From positions 1 through 61,163 of the forward strand of contig NW_021832398.1 in the NCBI RefSeq assembly GCF_006345805.1: a stretch of DNA of 61,163 nucleotides, in the 5' to 3' direction. Under the pieces are notes generated by a model. That model was given only the letters and a program-made list of their open reading frames with translations, was not told the DNA's origin and made no database searches. The DNA comes from Octopus sinensis. Lineage: Eukaryota. Position numbers and translations under genes: made by a program. Below, one piece after another: positions 1 to 13,000 of the stretch (position 1 is its first letter; each line of letters opens with the position of its first letter).

Positions 1-103
1 ATGCGCATAGTCATTACAGATGCACATGCGCATCCAACTGTCAGGTGTAAAATTATCTCGTCTAATCAAAAAACAGACATTTTGCCATTTATAGATATAG
101 AGA
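1..103 (-). mobile_element. 5' end fragment of a non-autonomous Helitron-like family, internally deleted
   Basis: Ends in cagacattttgccatttatagatatagaga (5'-TC on minus), matching 44625-44655; positions ~30-75 match 44305-44360. Confidence 0.6.
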
Positions 104-319
104 TTTTAAGCAAAGATTTAGAAATTCTGTGGGGAAACTGGAAAATGAAGAAATCTGGGACAATTCCGGTCCTAAATTGGGTAAATTGGTCTGGTACAGT
201 AGTGAGGTGTGATACATAACAAAGGGTAGGAAATGCATAGTTTTAAAGAGTTATTTCCCTTGCTATGGTTTAATATCTTTAGATTAAACTGCTGTATTAA
301 AGACTTTGGTTACCTGAAA

Positions 320-510
320 CATAAGCGGTCAGTTTATCGATTTTTGTTTTCATGGCTTTCAGGGGTAACTGGAAAATGAAAAGATCTTCAAAACCACCTT
401 TGGATGGTTTTGAATGACCATAGAAAGTGCGAGCCCTGTAACTGAAAAATTGTGGATTTGTATAAAGGATACACACACACACAGACATTTTGCAGTTTAT
501 ATATATATAT
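320..510 (-). mobile_element. Second 5' fragment of the same Helitron-like family
   Basis: gaaaatgaaaagatcttcaaaaccacc...cacagacattttgc matches 44500-44640 by eye. Confidence 0.6.
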
Positions 511-562
511 GTGTATATATGATGTATATATATATATATAAATATATATGTATATATATATA

Positions 563-3500
563 TCATCATCATCATTGTTTAGCGTCCTCTTTCCATGCTG
601 GCATGGGTTGGACAGTTCAACTGGGGTTTGGGAAGCCAGAAGGCTGCACCAGGCCCAGTCTGATCTGGCAATGCTTCTATGGCTGGATGCCCTTCCTAAT
701 GCCAACCACTCCATAAGTGTAGTGGGTGCTTTTTACGTGCTAGACGAGGCTGGCAATGGCCACGATCGGATGATGCTTTTTACGTACCACTGGCACGGAG
801 GCCAGTCAAGGCGGCACTGGCAACGGCCACGTTCGGACGGTTCTCTTATGTGTCACCATGGTTCTCTTTTGTGCCACCGGCACTGGTATCACAGCTACAA
901 TTTCCATTGATGTTGATAGATTTTGATTTTCACTAGCCTCAACAGGTCTTCACAAGTAGAGTTTTGTGTCCCAAGAAGGAAAGGTATGCATAAGTGGACT
1001 GAGGCCACGGGTTATGGTCTCACTTGTCCTGCTGGGCCTTCTCACGCACAGCATACTTCCATAGGTCTTGGTCTCTAGTCATTTCCTCGGTTAGACCTAA
1101 AGTTCGAAGGTCATGCTTCACCACCTCGTCCCAGGTTTTCCTGGGTCTACCTCTTCCGCAGGTTCCCTCAACCGCTAGGGTGTGGCACTTTTTCACACAA
1201 CTATCTTCATCCATTCTTGCCACATGACCATTCCAGCGCACCACAACTGATGCTTCTTAAGTCCAACTTCTCTCTCAAGGTACTTACAATCTGTCGAGTA
1301 TGAACACTGACATTACACATCCATCGGAGCATACTGGCTTCATTTCTTGCGAGCTTACGCATATCCTCAGCATTCACGGCCCGTGTTTCACTGCCATGTA
1401 GCTGTTCGTACATATGCGTCATACAGTCTGCCTTTTACTCTGAGCGAGAGGCCTTTTGTCCCTAGCAGAGGTAAGAGCTCTCTGAAGTTTGCCCAGGCTA
1501 TTCTTACTCTAGCAGTTACACTTTCAACACACCCGCCCCCGCTACTGACTTGGTCACCTAGGTAATGGAAGCTATCAACTATTTCTAGTTTTTCTCCCCG
1601 GAATGTGGCAAAAGTTGGTCTCTGCGCATTTTCAGTGTTTATTGCTCCTGAGCATCTGCCACATAAAAAAAGTATCTTCCTAGTTAGCCTTCCCTTGACG
1701 TTGCTGCACCTCTTACGTGTCCATAGCTTACACTTGGTGCATCTTATAGAGTTTCTACCTACGCCTTTTCTAAAGATTGAGCAGGGCCATCTACCTGAAG
1801 GCGTTTGTGATTTGTCTACCTTCCTACTTATTCGGACTTTGGTTTTAGCTATGTTGACTCTAAGGCCCTTCGATTCTAATCCTTGCTTCCACACCTGGAA
1901 CTTCTCCTCCAGTTCTGATAGTGACTCAGCAATTAGAGCAAGGTCATCAGCATAGAGGAGCTCCCAGGGGCATCCTGTCTTGAATTCCTCCGTTATTGCC
2001 TGGAGGACTATGATGAATAAGAGGGGGCTGAGGACTGAACATTGCTGGACCCCTACCTCTACCCGGAATTCTTCACTGTACTCGTTGCCAACCCTTACCT
2101 TACTAGCAGCGTCCCTGTACATGGCTTGCACAGCTCTCACTGACAATTTCTCTGTCCCTAGTTTCCTCATTGACCACCAGATAAAGGATCGGGGGACCCT
2201 GTCAAAGGCTTTCTCCATGTCAACGAAAGCCAGGTACAGGGGCTTATCTTTGGCTAGATATTTCTCCTGCAGCTGTCTTACCAGGAATATGGCATCAGTG
2301 GTGCTTTTCCCTGGCACAAACCCAAACTGCATCTCATCTAAACTCACTCTCTCTCTAATTAGTTGGGCTATGACCCTCTCTGTAACCTTCATTACCTGAT
2401 CCAACAGCTTTATACCTCTAATTCTTTGTATCTAGGGCGTCACCTTTACCTTTGTAGCAGTTGACTATTATACTACTACACCAGTCATTGGATATGACTC
2501 CTTCGTGTATCACCTGGTTAACTATATGGGTGACTAGGCTATCGCCGACACTACCAGATATTTTGAGCATCTCTGCAGTAATTCCTGACGGGCCTGGGGC
2601 TTTCCCTGTCTTTATGCTTCTAATTGCCTTAACTACCAGGGAACTGTCAACTCGGATAGTTGGTCCCTCTGTTGGGTCAACATTCGGCAGACTCTCTTTA
2701 TCCCATTCATTTTCTTTATTCAGCAACCTTTCATAGTGGCGTCTCCAAACCTCTCTCTTTGCATCCTCATTTAGCGCAAGTGAACCATCATCCATGCGAA
2801 CACATTTCTCTCTTACACACATTACGATTCTCTCTCACACACTGTCTTGCAACACGAAATACCTCAAGTCTTTGGTCCTCACGGCACAGAACATTGGCAA
2901 ATTTTTTCTTATCTGCTTCCCTTCTGGCTAAATAAACCTGTCGCCTAGCTTCTCTTTTTGCAGTCTGATACAATTCACTGCTACCTCCATTCTTCCAGTC
3001 CTGTTTCTTTTCTCTAATTGCCCTGTCTACAACATTGTTATTTTATGTCGAGAGGGGACTTTGCACCAGCCACAGATCTGGTCAGTGGCTCTCAGCAGGT
3101 TGTCCCTTTGAAACCTCCAGTTGTCTTCTACCCCATGTGAAGCTATATCCCCTTCTATTTCGTCAAAGGCTTCAAGTAATATGTCTCTAAATCTCTGTCC
3201 ATTCACAGGATCTTTAGTGCAAGTGAACCATCATCCATGCGAACACATTTCTCTCTTCCAGACCCTTCTTCTCCATGTTGGTTGTCTTCTTAGTCCTGAT
3301 CCTAAAGTCACTAACTACCAGTCTATGTTGTGGGGTACATTCTTCGCCTGGGATGGTTTTGGCCTTTATAAGCAGCCATCTTTCCCTTTTTCTGGCAAGG
3401 ATGTTGTCGATTTGGCTAGTATGTCTGCCCGATCGGTAGGTGACTAGGTGGCTGGTAGGTTTCCTGAAGTTAGTGTTGCAAACCATAAGATCATTCGCAT

Positions 3501-4130
3501 CGCAGAACTCCAGCAGCTTGGTTCCCTCCTCGTTGCGGGAACCATAACCGTAGCCTCCATGTATATCATGGAAGCCCCCAGCATGTCGTCCAACATGCCC
3601 ATTGAAGTCACCAGCCACAAAAAGAAGGTCCCTGTTGTTCGTCGATGAGGTAGTTTGCAGTAGGGTGTCATAGAATCGGCCTTTCTGTCCATCGGGTAGC
3701 CCTGGCTGAGGGGCATAGGCCGATATAATGGTTGCTAATCCATGATGAAGCACTAATCTAATCTAATCTTAAGTATTCTGTCGCATACTCTGACTACCTC
3801 AATTACCTTATCTACCCATTTTTCAGCGAAAAGTATACCCACGCCCCCGACCCCGTCAGTGTTCCTAGCCTAGAAAATCTTTTACCTGTGTTCTTTACCT
3901 GTGAGGACCTAGCAGAACCTCCTCTCCACCTCACTTCTTGAATGCAGCACATATCAACACATCTCTGTTCAAGCAACTCAACAATTTCGCCAGACCTACC
4001 TTTCAGTGTCCCAACATTGAGGGTGCCAACCCTGAGGGTGTGGGAGGTATAGGCCCTAGGCACCTTGGGACGGGGGACAGTAGCTTCATGTACCTGAAAA
4101 GAAAACTCTAGTTTGGCAGGATTCATAGAC
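563..4130 (-). mobile_element. Near full-length RTE-clade LINE, decayed
   Basis: APE motifs (LRVGTLNVGTLKGRSGE, CCIQEVRWRG, SAYAPQ, GDFNGHVG) and RT motifs (QFGFVPGKSTTDAIF, FVDMEKAFDRVP, LLYADD); 3' UTR at 563-1019 with a (GAT)n tail. The 5' UTR may extend to ~4430. Confidence 0.92.
1020..4090 (-). pseudogene. Frameshifted APE endonuclease-reverse transcriptase ORF of the RTE LINE
   Basis: ORF pieces 3812-4132, 3214-3753, 2418-2822, 1388-2404, 1207-1422 and 1020-1244 are collinear parts of one ORF. Confidence 0.9.
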
Positions 4131-4684
4131 AAACAATAAACTTAAGTTCAAACCGCGTACACTACTCTATCATATTTTGCAATGTATGATCACTACCTTA
4201 TATAGCAGGGGGTGGGGGTGGCATAAGACTTTTGAAGTGTACATGGGAGACAACCAAGGATGACAAAATTTGGGACTTCCTGTAAAGGTGGAGGGGTGGG
4301 AGGGCGTTTGCACCGCGAGAACTAGCAGCCATGAAGGGGCGCCTCTCATATCTTGGAGAAGGAATACTTAGTTGTAGATATAAAAGACCTAATTGAGAGA
4401 GAGAGATATGTTGCAGATTTAGGGGAGATGCATAAGCTAAATTCATCTTAGACATCGATAAGTAAGAGGAACTATAGAATTATATATATATATTTAACAC
4501 GAGACGTGAGGCTGAAATAGACAGAGTCAAACAGAATAGAGATAAACAAAAAAGGTTAATCAATTGCGCAGAAATATTACTACGTAGGTAACGGGATAAA
4601 TTTATAGGAATGCTTATCTGTGGTTCATCTTTTACGTTCGTAGTTTACAGCAACAGTTTGAATTGAAAATATATGTGTGTGTAT

Positions 4685-5044
4685 ATCAAATCGTGGCCGA
4701 TGCCAGTGCTGCCTCGACTGGCTTCCGTGTCGGTGGCACGTAAAAAGCACCATCTGAATCGTGGCCGAAGCCAGTGCCGCCTCGACTGGCTTCCGTGCAG
4801 GTGGCACGTAAAATGCACCAATCCGACCGTGGCCGATGCCAGCCTCGCCTGGCACCAGTGCAGGTGGCACGTAAAAAGCACCCACTACACTCACGGAGTG
4901 GTTAGCGTTAGGAAGGGCATCCAGCTGTAGAAACATTGCCAGATAAGACCGGAGCCTGGTGCAGCCTTCTGGCTTCCCAGATCCCCGGTCGAACCGTCCA
5001 ACCCATGCTAGCATGGAGAACGGACGTTAAACGATGATGATGAT
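4685..5044 (+). mobile_element. Isolated RTE 3' UTR copy with (GAT)n tail
   Basis: Reverse complement of 563-900 (ggaagggcatccagc, ccaacccatgctagcatgg, aaacgatgatgat). Confidence 0.85.
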
Positions 5045-5155
5045 ATATATGTATGTATGTATGTATATGTATGTATGTATATATGTATGTATATATGTAT
5101 GTATGTATGTATATATGTATGTATGTATATATATATATGTATGTATATATGTATA

Positions 5156-5185
<30 letters not shown>
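5045..5185. repeat. (TATG/TA)n microsatellite
   Basis: Direct reading. Confidence 0.95.
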
Positions 5186-5186
<1 letters not shown>

Positions 5187-6326
5187 CATCATCATCATCA
5201 TCATTTAGCGTCCGCTTTCCATGCTGGCATAGGTTGGACGGTGCAACTGGGGTCTGGGAAGCCAGAAGGCTGCACCAGGCCCAGTCTGATCTGGCAGTGT
5301 TTCTACGGCTGGATGCCCTTCCTAATGCCAACCACTCCATGAGTGTAGTGGGTGCTTTTTACGTGCCACTGGCACGGAAGCCAGTCAGGGCGGCACTGGC
5401 AACGGCCACGTTCGGATGGTTCTCTTATGTGCCACCAGCACTGGTATCACAGCTACAATTTCCATTCAAGTTGATTGATTTTGATTTTTTGATTTTCACT
5501 TGCCTCAACAGGTCTTCACAAGTAGGGTTTTGTGTCCCAAGAAGGAAAGGTATGCATAAGTGGACTGAGGCCATGGGTGATGGTCTCACTTGTCCTGCCG
5601 GGTCTTCTCACGCACAGCATACTTCCAAAGGTCTCGGTCTCTAGTCATTTCCTCGGTGAGACCTAAAGTTCGAAGGTCGTGCTTCACCACCTCATCCCAG
5701 GTTTTCCTGGGTCTGCCTCTTCCACAGGTTCCCTCAACAGCTAGGGTGTGACACTTTTTCACACAACTATCTTCATCCATTCTCGCCACATGGCCATACC
5801 AGCGCAGATGTCTCTCTTGCACACCGCAACTGATGCTTCTTAGGTCCAACTTCTCTCTCAAGGTACTTACACTCTGTCGAGTATGAACACTGACATTACA
5901 CATCCATTGGAGCATACTGGCTTCATTTCTTGCGAGCTTACGCATATCCTCAGCAGTCACAGCCCATGTTTCACTGCCATGTAGCATGGCTGTTCATACA
6001 CAAGCATCATACAGTCTACCTTTTACTCTGAGCGAGAGGCCTTTTGTCCCTAGCAGAGGTAAGAGCTCTGTGAACTTTGCCCAAACTATTCTTACTCTAG
6101 CAGTTACACTTTCAACACACCCGCCCCCACTACTGACTTGGTCACCTAGGTAACGGAAGCTATCAACTATTTCTAGTTTTTCTCCCTGGAATGTGGCGGA
6201 AGTTGCTCTCTGCGCATTTTCCACACCTGAAACTTCTCCTCCAGTTCTGATAGTGACTCAGCAATTAGAGCAAGGTCATCAGCATAGAGGAGCTCCCAGG
6301 GGCATCCTATCTTGAATTCCTCCGTT
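5186..6326 (-). mobile_element. 5'-truncated RTE LINE copy with an internal deletion
   Basis: Highly similar to 563-1990 including LLYADD; ~270 bp missing at ~6222. Confidence 0.9.
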
Positions 6327-6327
6327 G

Positions 6328-6358
<31 letters not shown>

Positions 6359-6650
6359 ATATGTATGTATGTATATATGTATGTATATATGTATGTATGT
6401 ATATATGTATGTATGTATATATGTATGTATGTATGTATGTATATATGTATGTATGTATAGATGTATGTATGTATGTATGTATGTATGTATGTATATATGT
6501 ATGTATGTATATATGTATGTATATATGTATGTATGCATGTATGTATATATGTATGTATATATGTATGTATGCATATATGTATGTATGTATATATGTATGT
6601 ATGTATATATGTATGTATATATATATGTGTATATATATATATATGTATGT
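6327..6650. repeat. (TATG)n microsatellite
   Basis: Direct reading. Confidence 0.95.
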
Positions 6651-6784
6651 AATTATAATAAAGGGTATTTTTTGCAACAAGTTGCTTAAACCTCATAACC
6701 CTTTATTATAATTATATACTTTTTACCGAATATGGTCATTTCCATACCAAAAGACTATTAGGTGAAATTTATTGATTTTATTAA

Positions 6785-7394
6785 ATTAATTATATTTCAC
6801 CCTTTATATGTATATGTGTATGTATATATATGTGTGTGTGTGTATATATATGTGTGTGTGTGTGTGTATGTATATATATGTGTGTGTATGTATATATATA
6901 TGTGTGTGTGTATGTATATATATATGTGTGTGTCTATGTATATATATATGTGTGTGTATGTATATATATATATGTGTGTGTGTGTATGTATATATATATG
7001 TGTGTGTGTGTATGTATATATGTGTATATATATGTATGTGTGTGTGTATATATATATATATATTATATATATATGTATATGCATGTTTGTGTATATGTGT
7101 GTGTATATATATATGCATATATGTGTGTATATATATATATGCATGTTTGTGTATATATATATATATATGCATATATGTGTATATATATAAATGCATATAT
7201 GTGTATATATATATATGCATATATGTGTATATATATATATGCATATATGTGTATATATATATATGCATATATGCATATATATATAAATGCATATGTGTAT
7301 ATATATGCATATATGTGTATATATATTTATGCATATATGTGTATATATATATATGCATATATGTAATATATATATATATGTATATATATATGTG

Positions 7395-7427
<33 letters not shown>

Positions 7428-7618
7428 GTATATATAATATATATATATATATCTTTGTATATATATATATATGTATATATATGTATATATATATATATAT
7501 ATATATCTTTGTATATATATATATATGTATATAATATATGTATATATGTATATATATGTATATATATTTGTATATATGTATATTTATGTATATATATGTA
7601 TGTATATATATATATTTT

Positions 7619-7652
<34 letters not shown>

Positions 7653-7850
7653 ATTTATATATATATATATTTATATATATATATGTATGTATATGTATAA
7701 ATACATATATATATGTATGTATATGTATATATTTATGTATGTATATGTATAAAATTACATATATATATGTATGTATATGTATATATTTATGTATATATAT
7801 GTATGTATATATATATATATGTATATGTACATATATGTACATATATATAC

Positions 7851-7897
<47 letters not shown>

Positions 7898-8001
7898 TGT
7901 ATATATGCATATATGTATATGTATACACATATGTACATGTATATATACATATATGTATATGTATACACATATATATATGTACATGTATATATACATATAT
8001 G

Positions 8002-8033
<32 letters not shown>

Positions 8034-8178
8034 TTTATATATATATGTATGTATATATGTATGTATTTATATATATATGTATATATGTATGTATTTATAT
8101 ATATATGTATATATATTTATATATGTATATATATATATGTATATACATATATTTGTATATACATATATATGTATATAT
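6785..8178. repeat. 1.4-kb compound TA/TG/GCAT microsatellite
   Basis: Direct reading; source of spurious YI/VC ORFs. Confidence 0.95.
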
Positions 8179-8179
8179 C

Positions 8180-8330
8180 ATTAATTAAAAAATGTTAGGT
8201 TAGCAAAAGTATTTATAGAAAATGTCTTTGCCACCGGTGGTCTTGGCAGAAGGAAAAATTTAAACAATAGACTATACATAATTGATAGAAGAATGCAGTG
8301 TACATTCAAACACATAAGAGATAACAAAAA
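8180..8330 (-). mobile_element. Probable Penelope-like element 3' tail (endonuclease C-terminus)
   Basis: Inverted match to 8970-9092; degenerate translation resembles the LC..ILL...LL...C.H.W end of the GIY-YIG domain. Confidence 0.4.
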
Positions 8331-8435
8331 AATAGGATATCTCACTCACTAGATAGAGCAGTCAAAACTCCAAGCCACTAATAGTTGCAATTCTGAAAGG
8401 GAATGGAAAATAAAAATATTTACCCTATTTTTCCT

Positions 8436-8930
8436 TGACTTGACTTGAGAGAGCATTCACCCCGGGTAGGTTGAGCTGGCTTCATTCATCCTCTCAAACA
8501 CCAACCAGGCCTGGCAATTTGAGGCTAATGACTGCGTGATCTCCAACCACTCCTTATTCCAGCGGCGAACACCATAGGTATGGGGGCCAAGGTTGGGTTC
8601 CAGATCAGCCTTGACTGTCATCAGCTAGGTTTTTCGTTGTCCACCACATTGCTTTCGCCAACCCTGAAGGGGAGCTGGGGCAATTGCTTCATAGATGAAT
8701 TCTCCTGGTTGACAACGGAGGGCATGACCCAGCTAATGCCGACATCTCGTTAGGATGACTTGTTGGAGGGAGGTGATTCTGCACTGGTGTCGCACCAAAT
8801 TGTTGGAGACAAAGTGATGCCATCGGACACGACGGATGCGGCGTAGACAGAGCTGATTGAAGGATTCTAGTCGCTTAATATCTTACACTCTCATTGGCCA
8901 TGACTCGTTGCTGTAAAGGAGAATCGTTTT
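8436..8930 (-). mobile_element. 3' end of a second RTE-like LINE family with a (TCAAG)n tail
   Basis: Minus translation GQRKT*LMTVKADLEPNLGPHTYGVRRWNKEWLEITQSLASNCQAW resembles RTE C-termini; ends tcaagtcaagtcaag. Confidence 0.65.
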
Positions 8931-8969
8931 CCTAGACTAAGCATAGTTTCTACAATCTTATATAAATTA

Positions 8970-9092
8970 AAATAAAATAATGGTTATCTCTTATGTGTTT
9001 GAATGTATACTGTATTCTTCTATGAATCATGTATAGTCTATTGACTAAATTTTTCTTTCTCGCTAGACCACTGGTAGCAAAGAATTTTTCTA
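8970..9092 (+). mobile_element. Probable Penelope-like element 3' tail, inverted partner of 8180-8330
   Basis: ttatctcttatgtgtttgaatgtatactg...agcaaagaatttttctata is the reverse complement of ~8215-8330. Confidence 0.4.
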
Positions 9093-9215
9093 TATATGTA
9101 TATACATATATATGTATATGTATGAATGTATATATATATATGCATATATATATATATGCATATATATATATATATGCATATATATATATATATATATTTA
9201 TATATATGTATATGA

Positions 9216-9977
9216 TGTTTAACAAAACATTCAACACCAGTTCTTTGTAAATTTCTTTTTTTTTCTTTCCTTAGTTCCTTTTAAAAAACACATTTAACAT
9301 TTAACAACACAAAGTTCTTTTTCTTTTGTTTTCAAACACAAAGTTCGTTTCTCAAAACATTTAACACAGTCCTTTTTCTTCTTTCCTTTCTTTTTTTCTT
9401 TTCCCTTCTTTTAAAAGCAGTCAACAACTCAGTTCTTTCTTTTCCTTTCCTTTCTTTTAAATAAACACATTTAACAAAGTCCCCTTTCTCTTCCTTTCTT
9501 TTCAAACAGTTAACGTCACAAAGTTTTTCTCCTTCTTTTCTTAAAACATTTAACACCTAAGTTCGTTCCCTCTAAAACATACAAAAAACATTTACCGGCA
9601 ACACTTTCTTCATTTTACATCTCAACTCGGCCAAGCGCAGCATCCCACAACATCACTTACCAGTCGTTCAGTTCCGGTCTCTCTCTCCAACTGCCCCTCG
9701 CAACTTAGCAATACTTGGATATATGAGGCCGTCCAACCAGAAAGAGAGGCATACCGTGCATATTTCCCTTCCCAAAACTTTGTCTTCCTTAAACTCTCTG
9801 TGACCGTAGAGGGCCAGAGGTCAAGTGCCCCCGGCCATAAACAACCATGCTCCTTGACAGGACAAAGGAAATACCACTGACCTGAACAACTGGAACACTG
9901 TTTCGATCCCAGCTAATCGCAAAATGGGACATAATATTTTTTTCGTTCGTCTTCATTTTTTTTTTGTGTTTGTATCA
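9216..9977 (-). repeat. 3' LTR lacking ~200 bp at its 3' end
   Basis: Direct repeat of ~15074-15874; starts TGATAC on minus immediately after the PPT. Confidence 0.85.
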
Positions 9978-9992
9978 CTACCCCTTCCCTAG
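9978..9992 (-). promoter_or_regulatory. Polypurine tract
   Basis: Minus strand CTAGGGAAGGGGTAG abuts the TG of the 3' LTR. Confidence 0.8.
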
Positions 9993-10045
9993 ACTTTTGT
10001 CGTCCCGACAAAAGCACACAGCATTTGTAACTCCTGAAGACTTTC

Positions 10046-13000
10046 TTAACAGGTGGGCTCAACCCCTGAAGGCGTGCTCCTGCTGAACTGGCCAGACCCA
10101 TGGTACTTCCATAGACGGTTTGCGTGCACAATTTTTGGAGAAGACCTGCCTCCTCGAATCCGGTACGTCACATCGGACAGGCGATTCATCATGGTGTGTG
10201 GTCCCTCCCATAGTCTCTGCAGCTTTGGAGACTGCCCTCTCTTCTGCTGTCGGTTATGAAACCACACTTCATCACCCTCCTTAAACTCGACCTCACTAGC
10301 CCTGGTGTCATGCCGACGCTTCATCACTTCACCTGAAAATTTCAAAGCCTCTCTAACTTGTTGGTGTACCTCAATCAGCCTCTCTTGCAGATATTTCACA
10401 TAGCTGGAGGTTTCCCTGGGTAGCTCCTCCCCTGGTGGTCTTCCCATCAACAGATCAACTGGGAGCCTTACTTCATGCCCCAACATCAGCTTTGCAGGTG
10501 TATACCCGGTAGTCTCATGTGTCGCCAAACGATAGGCGAGTAATAATGCAGTTAGCTTCAAATCCCATTCCAACTGTCCTTCTACACAATATTTGGCTAG
10601 TTCTTATCATAGTGTCCAGTTAAGCCTCTCCACCATCCCGTCCGACTGTGGTCTCATTGGGGTTGTTCTGGTCTTCTTAATCCCCAACAGCTTACAACAC
10701 TCCTGGAACAGCTGATTCAAAGTCCCTACCTTGATCGGAATGCAACTCCTGGGGCACCCCAAACCGACAGAAGAACTGATCTACTAACACTTGCGCCACA
10801 GATGTGGCCTCCTGATCATGGATGGCATAGGCCTCAGGCCACTTTGTGAAGTAGTCCATGGCCACACATATGTACCTATTACCTCTTTCCGTGAGTGGCA
10901 ATGGTCCAGCAATATCCACAGCTACCCTTTCCATGGGCACACCCATCTGGTATAATTGCAGAGGCGCACACTCCAGCTTCTTCGGTCCCTTTTTGGTGCA
11001 GCATACATCACAAGATCGACACCATTCCTGGACGTCCTGACGCATGCCCATCCAATAGAATCTGTGCCGCAGCCGATTCACCGTTTTCTTTACCCCCAGA
11101 TATCCACTTGTAATTTGGTTGTGAGCTTCTTCCAGCAGCTCAGGTCTCATCTTCTTGGGTATCACTAACTGCCAATACTTATTAAGGCCATCAGGTGTCT
11201 CCCAGCGCCTCTCATCGTTCAGATGAAGAAGGTCCCACTGGCTCCAGTAGTTCTTAGTTTCAGGGCTGGACCTGGATAGCTCCTCCCAAGATAGTCTCGC
11301 TGCTTCCTGCTGCAGCCACTCTACTACTGGCCTTAAGTCGGCATCTTCCATCTGTCTCTTCTGTACTTCTCCAGTTGCCATATATCCAGTCACTATAGTA
11401 CGTTTTCACTTTTTACTGTGCTCTTCTCTTCCTGCACAATGCTTGCAGTCCAGTTCACAAGGATGACGACTCAAACTGTCAGCATTACCATGTGCCCGCT
11501 CTGGACAGTGCTGTACCTCATAGTTGTGTTGGTCCAGTTTCCCTAGCCAGCGTGCTAATTGTCCCTCTGGGTTCTGTAGTGTCTGCAGCCACTTGAGTGC
11601 CGCATGGTCCATTCTGATAGTAAAGTGGGAACCGTACAGATACAGATGGAAAAAGTCAACGCTCATCATTACCGCCAAAAGCTCCTTACGGGTTATACAG
11701 TAGTTTCGCTCAGGTGGACTAAGCTTTTTACTGTAATACGCCACCACATATTACTTGTCGCCCTTCCTCTGAGACAGTACTCCTCCAATACCATGGCTAC
11801 TAGCGTCACAGTCCAGTATGAAAGGCTTGCTTAGGTCTGGGTACAGCAACACCGGAGAACTCACTAGCACCTGTTTGAGTCCATCAAAAGCGCCCTGTGT
11901 CATGGCAGTCCACTCAAACTTTTGGCTCTTCCCCAGTAGTTTGTGCAATGGTGCAGCCACTGTAGCAAAGTCTTTTACAAAGCGCCTGTAATAGGTACAC
12001 AGTCCGAGGAAACTCCTCAACTCCTTTACACAAGTAGGGACCGGCCAATCCTTCACGGCGGCCACCTTCTGTGGGTCAGTACGGACACCGTCTTTGCCCA
12101 CAATATGTCCCAGGTATCTTACTTCCTTCTGTAACAGACAGCACTTCTTCGGATTCAACTTGAGGTTTGCTGTTCGAAACCTCTCAAATACCCCTGATAA
12201 CCTCTCCAGCACTTGATCAAACGTTCAACCAAACACTATGACGTCATCAAGATAGATGAGGGCGGCCTGCCAGTGTAGGCCCTCCAGTACCCGGTCCATA
12301 AGACACTCGAAAGTTGCAGGGGCATTACACAAGCCGAATGGCATCACATTGAACTGCCACAAACCCCGTCCGTACAAAAATGCAGTCTTTTCCCTATCTT
12401 TTTCGGCAATCTTAATTTGATGGTATCCATCTTTCATATCCAATGTAGAGAACTACCGAGCCCCGGCCAAAGCATCAAGTGTGTCATCAATTCTCGGCAG
12501 AGGATACGCATCCTTAACTGTCACTTCATTGAGCGCTCTGTAATCTATGCAGCATCTCACTGTGCCATCTTTCTTCCGCACTAAAACAATGGCTGATGAC
12601 CAGGGGCTGTTTGACTTTTCCACTACTCCCTGTCGTCGATGTTCCTCCATCACTTCTTCCATTTCCCGTCGCTGAACTGGGGCCATCCTCTGAGCTGGCT
12701 GCTCGATCAGGCAATGGCCACCCGTGTCGATATGGTGCTCCACCAGGTCTTTGCAACCAAGGTCTAGATCTCTTGCAGAGAACACATCAGCATACCTCGC
12801 TAGTAGCTTCCTCAACCGCAACACCTGAGTGCCATCTAAGCACTGGCGACTCCATGCAAATAGATCTTGTAAATGCACAGGCAGACCATCACCTCCTTCA
12901 ACTACTCTCCTGCTGTTACGCAACTGACCCTGCTGCTGGTCCAGTGCCTGGCACAGTCCCACGATTTGTCCTTTACAAATCTTCTGTGCCACTCTTCAGA

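Noticed and set aside
414-910. ORFs with WHGLD...[10 protein letters not shown]...LDALPNANH, repeated at 4625-5644 and 22503-22872
   Set aside because: Chance open frames across the non-coding RTE 3' UTR; the frame is not conserved between copies.
5034-8198. Many long YI/VC/HT-rich ORFs (also at 15720-16470, 17196-17565, 34723-34935, 56297-56853)
   Set aside because: Translations of TA/TG microsatellites that lack stop codons.
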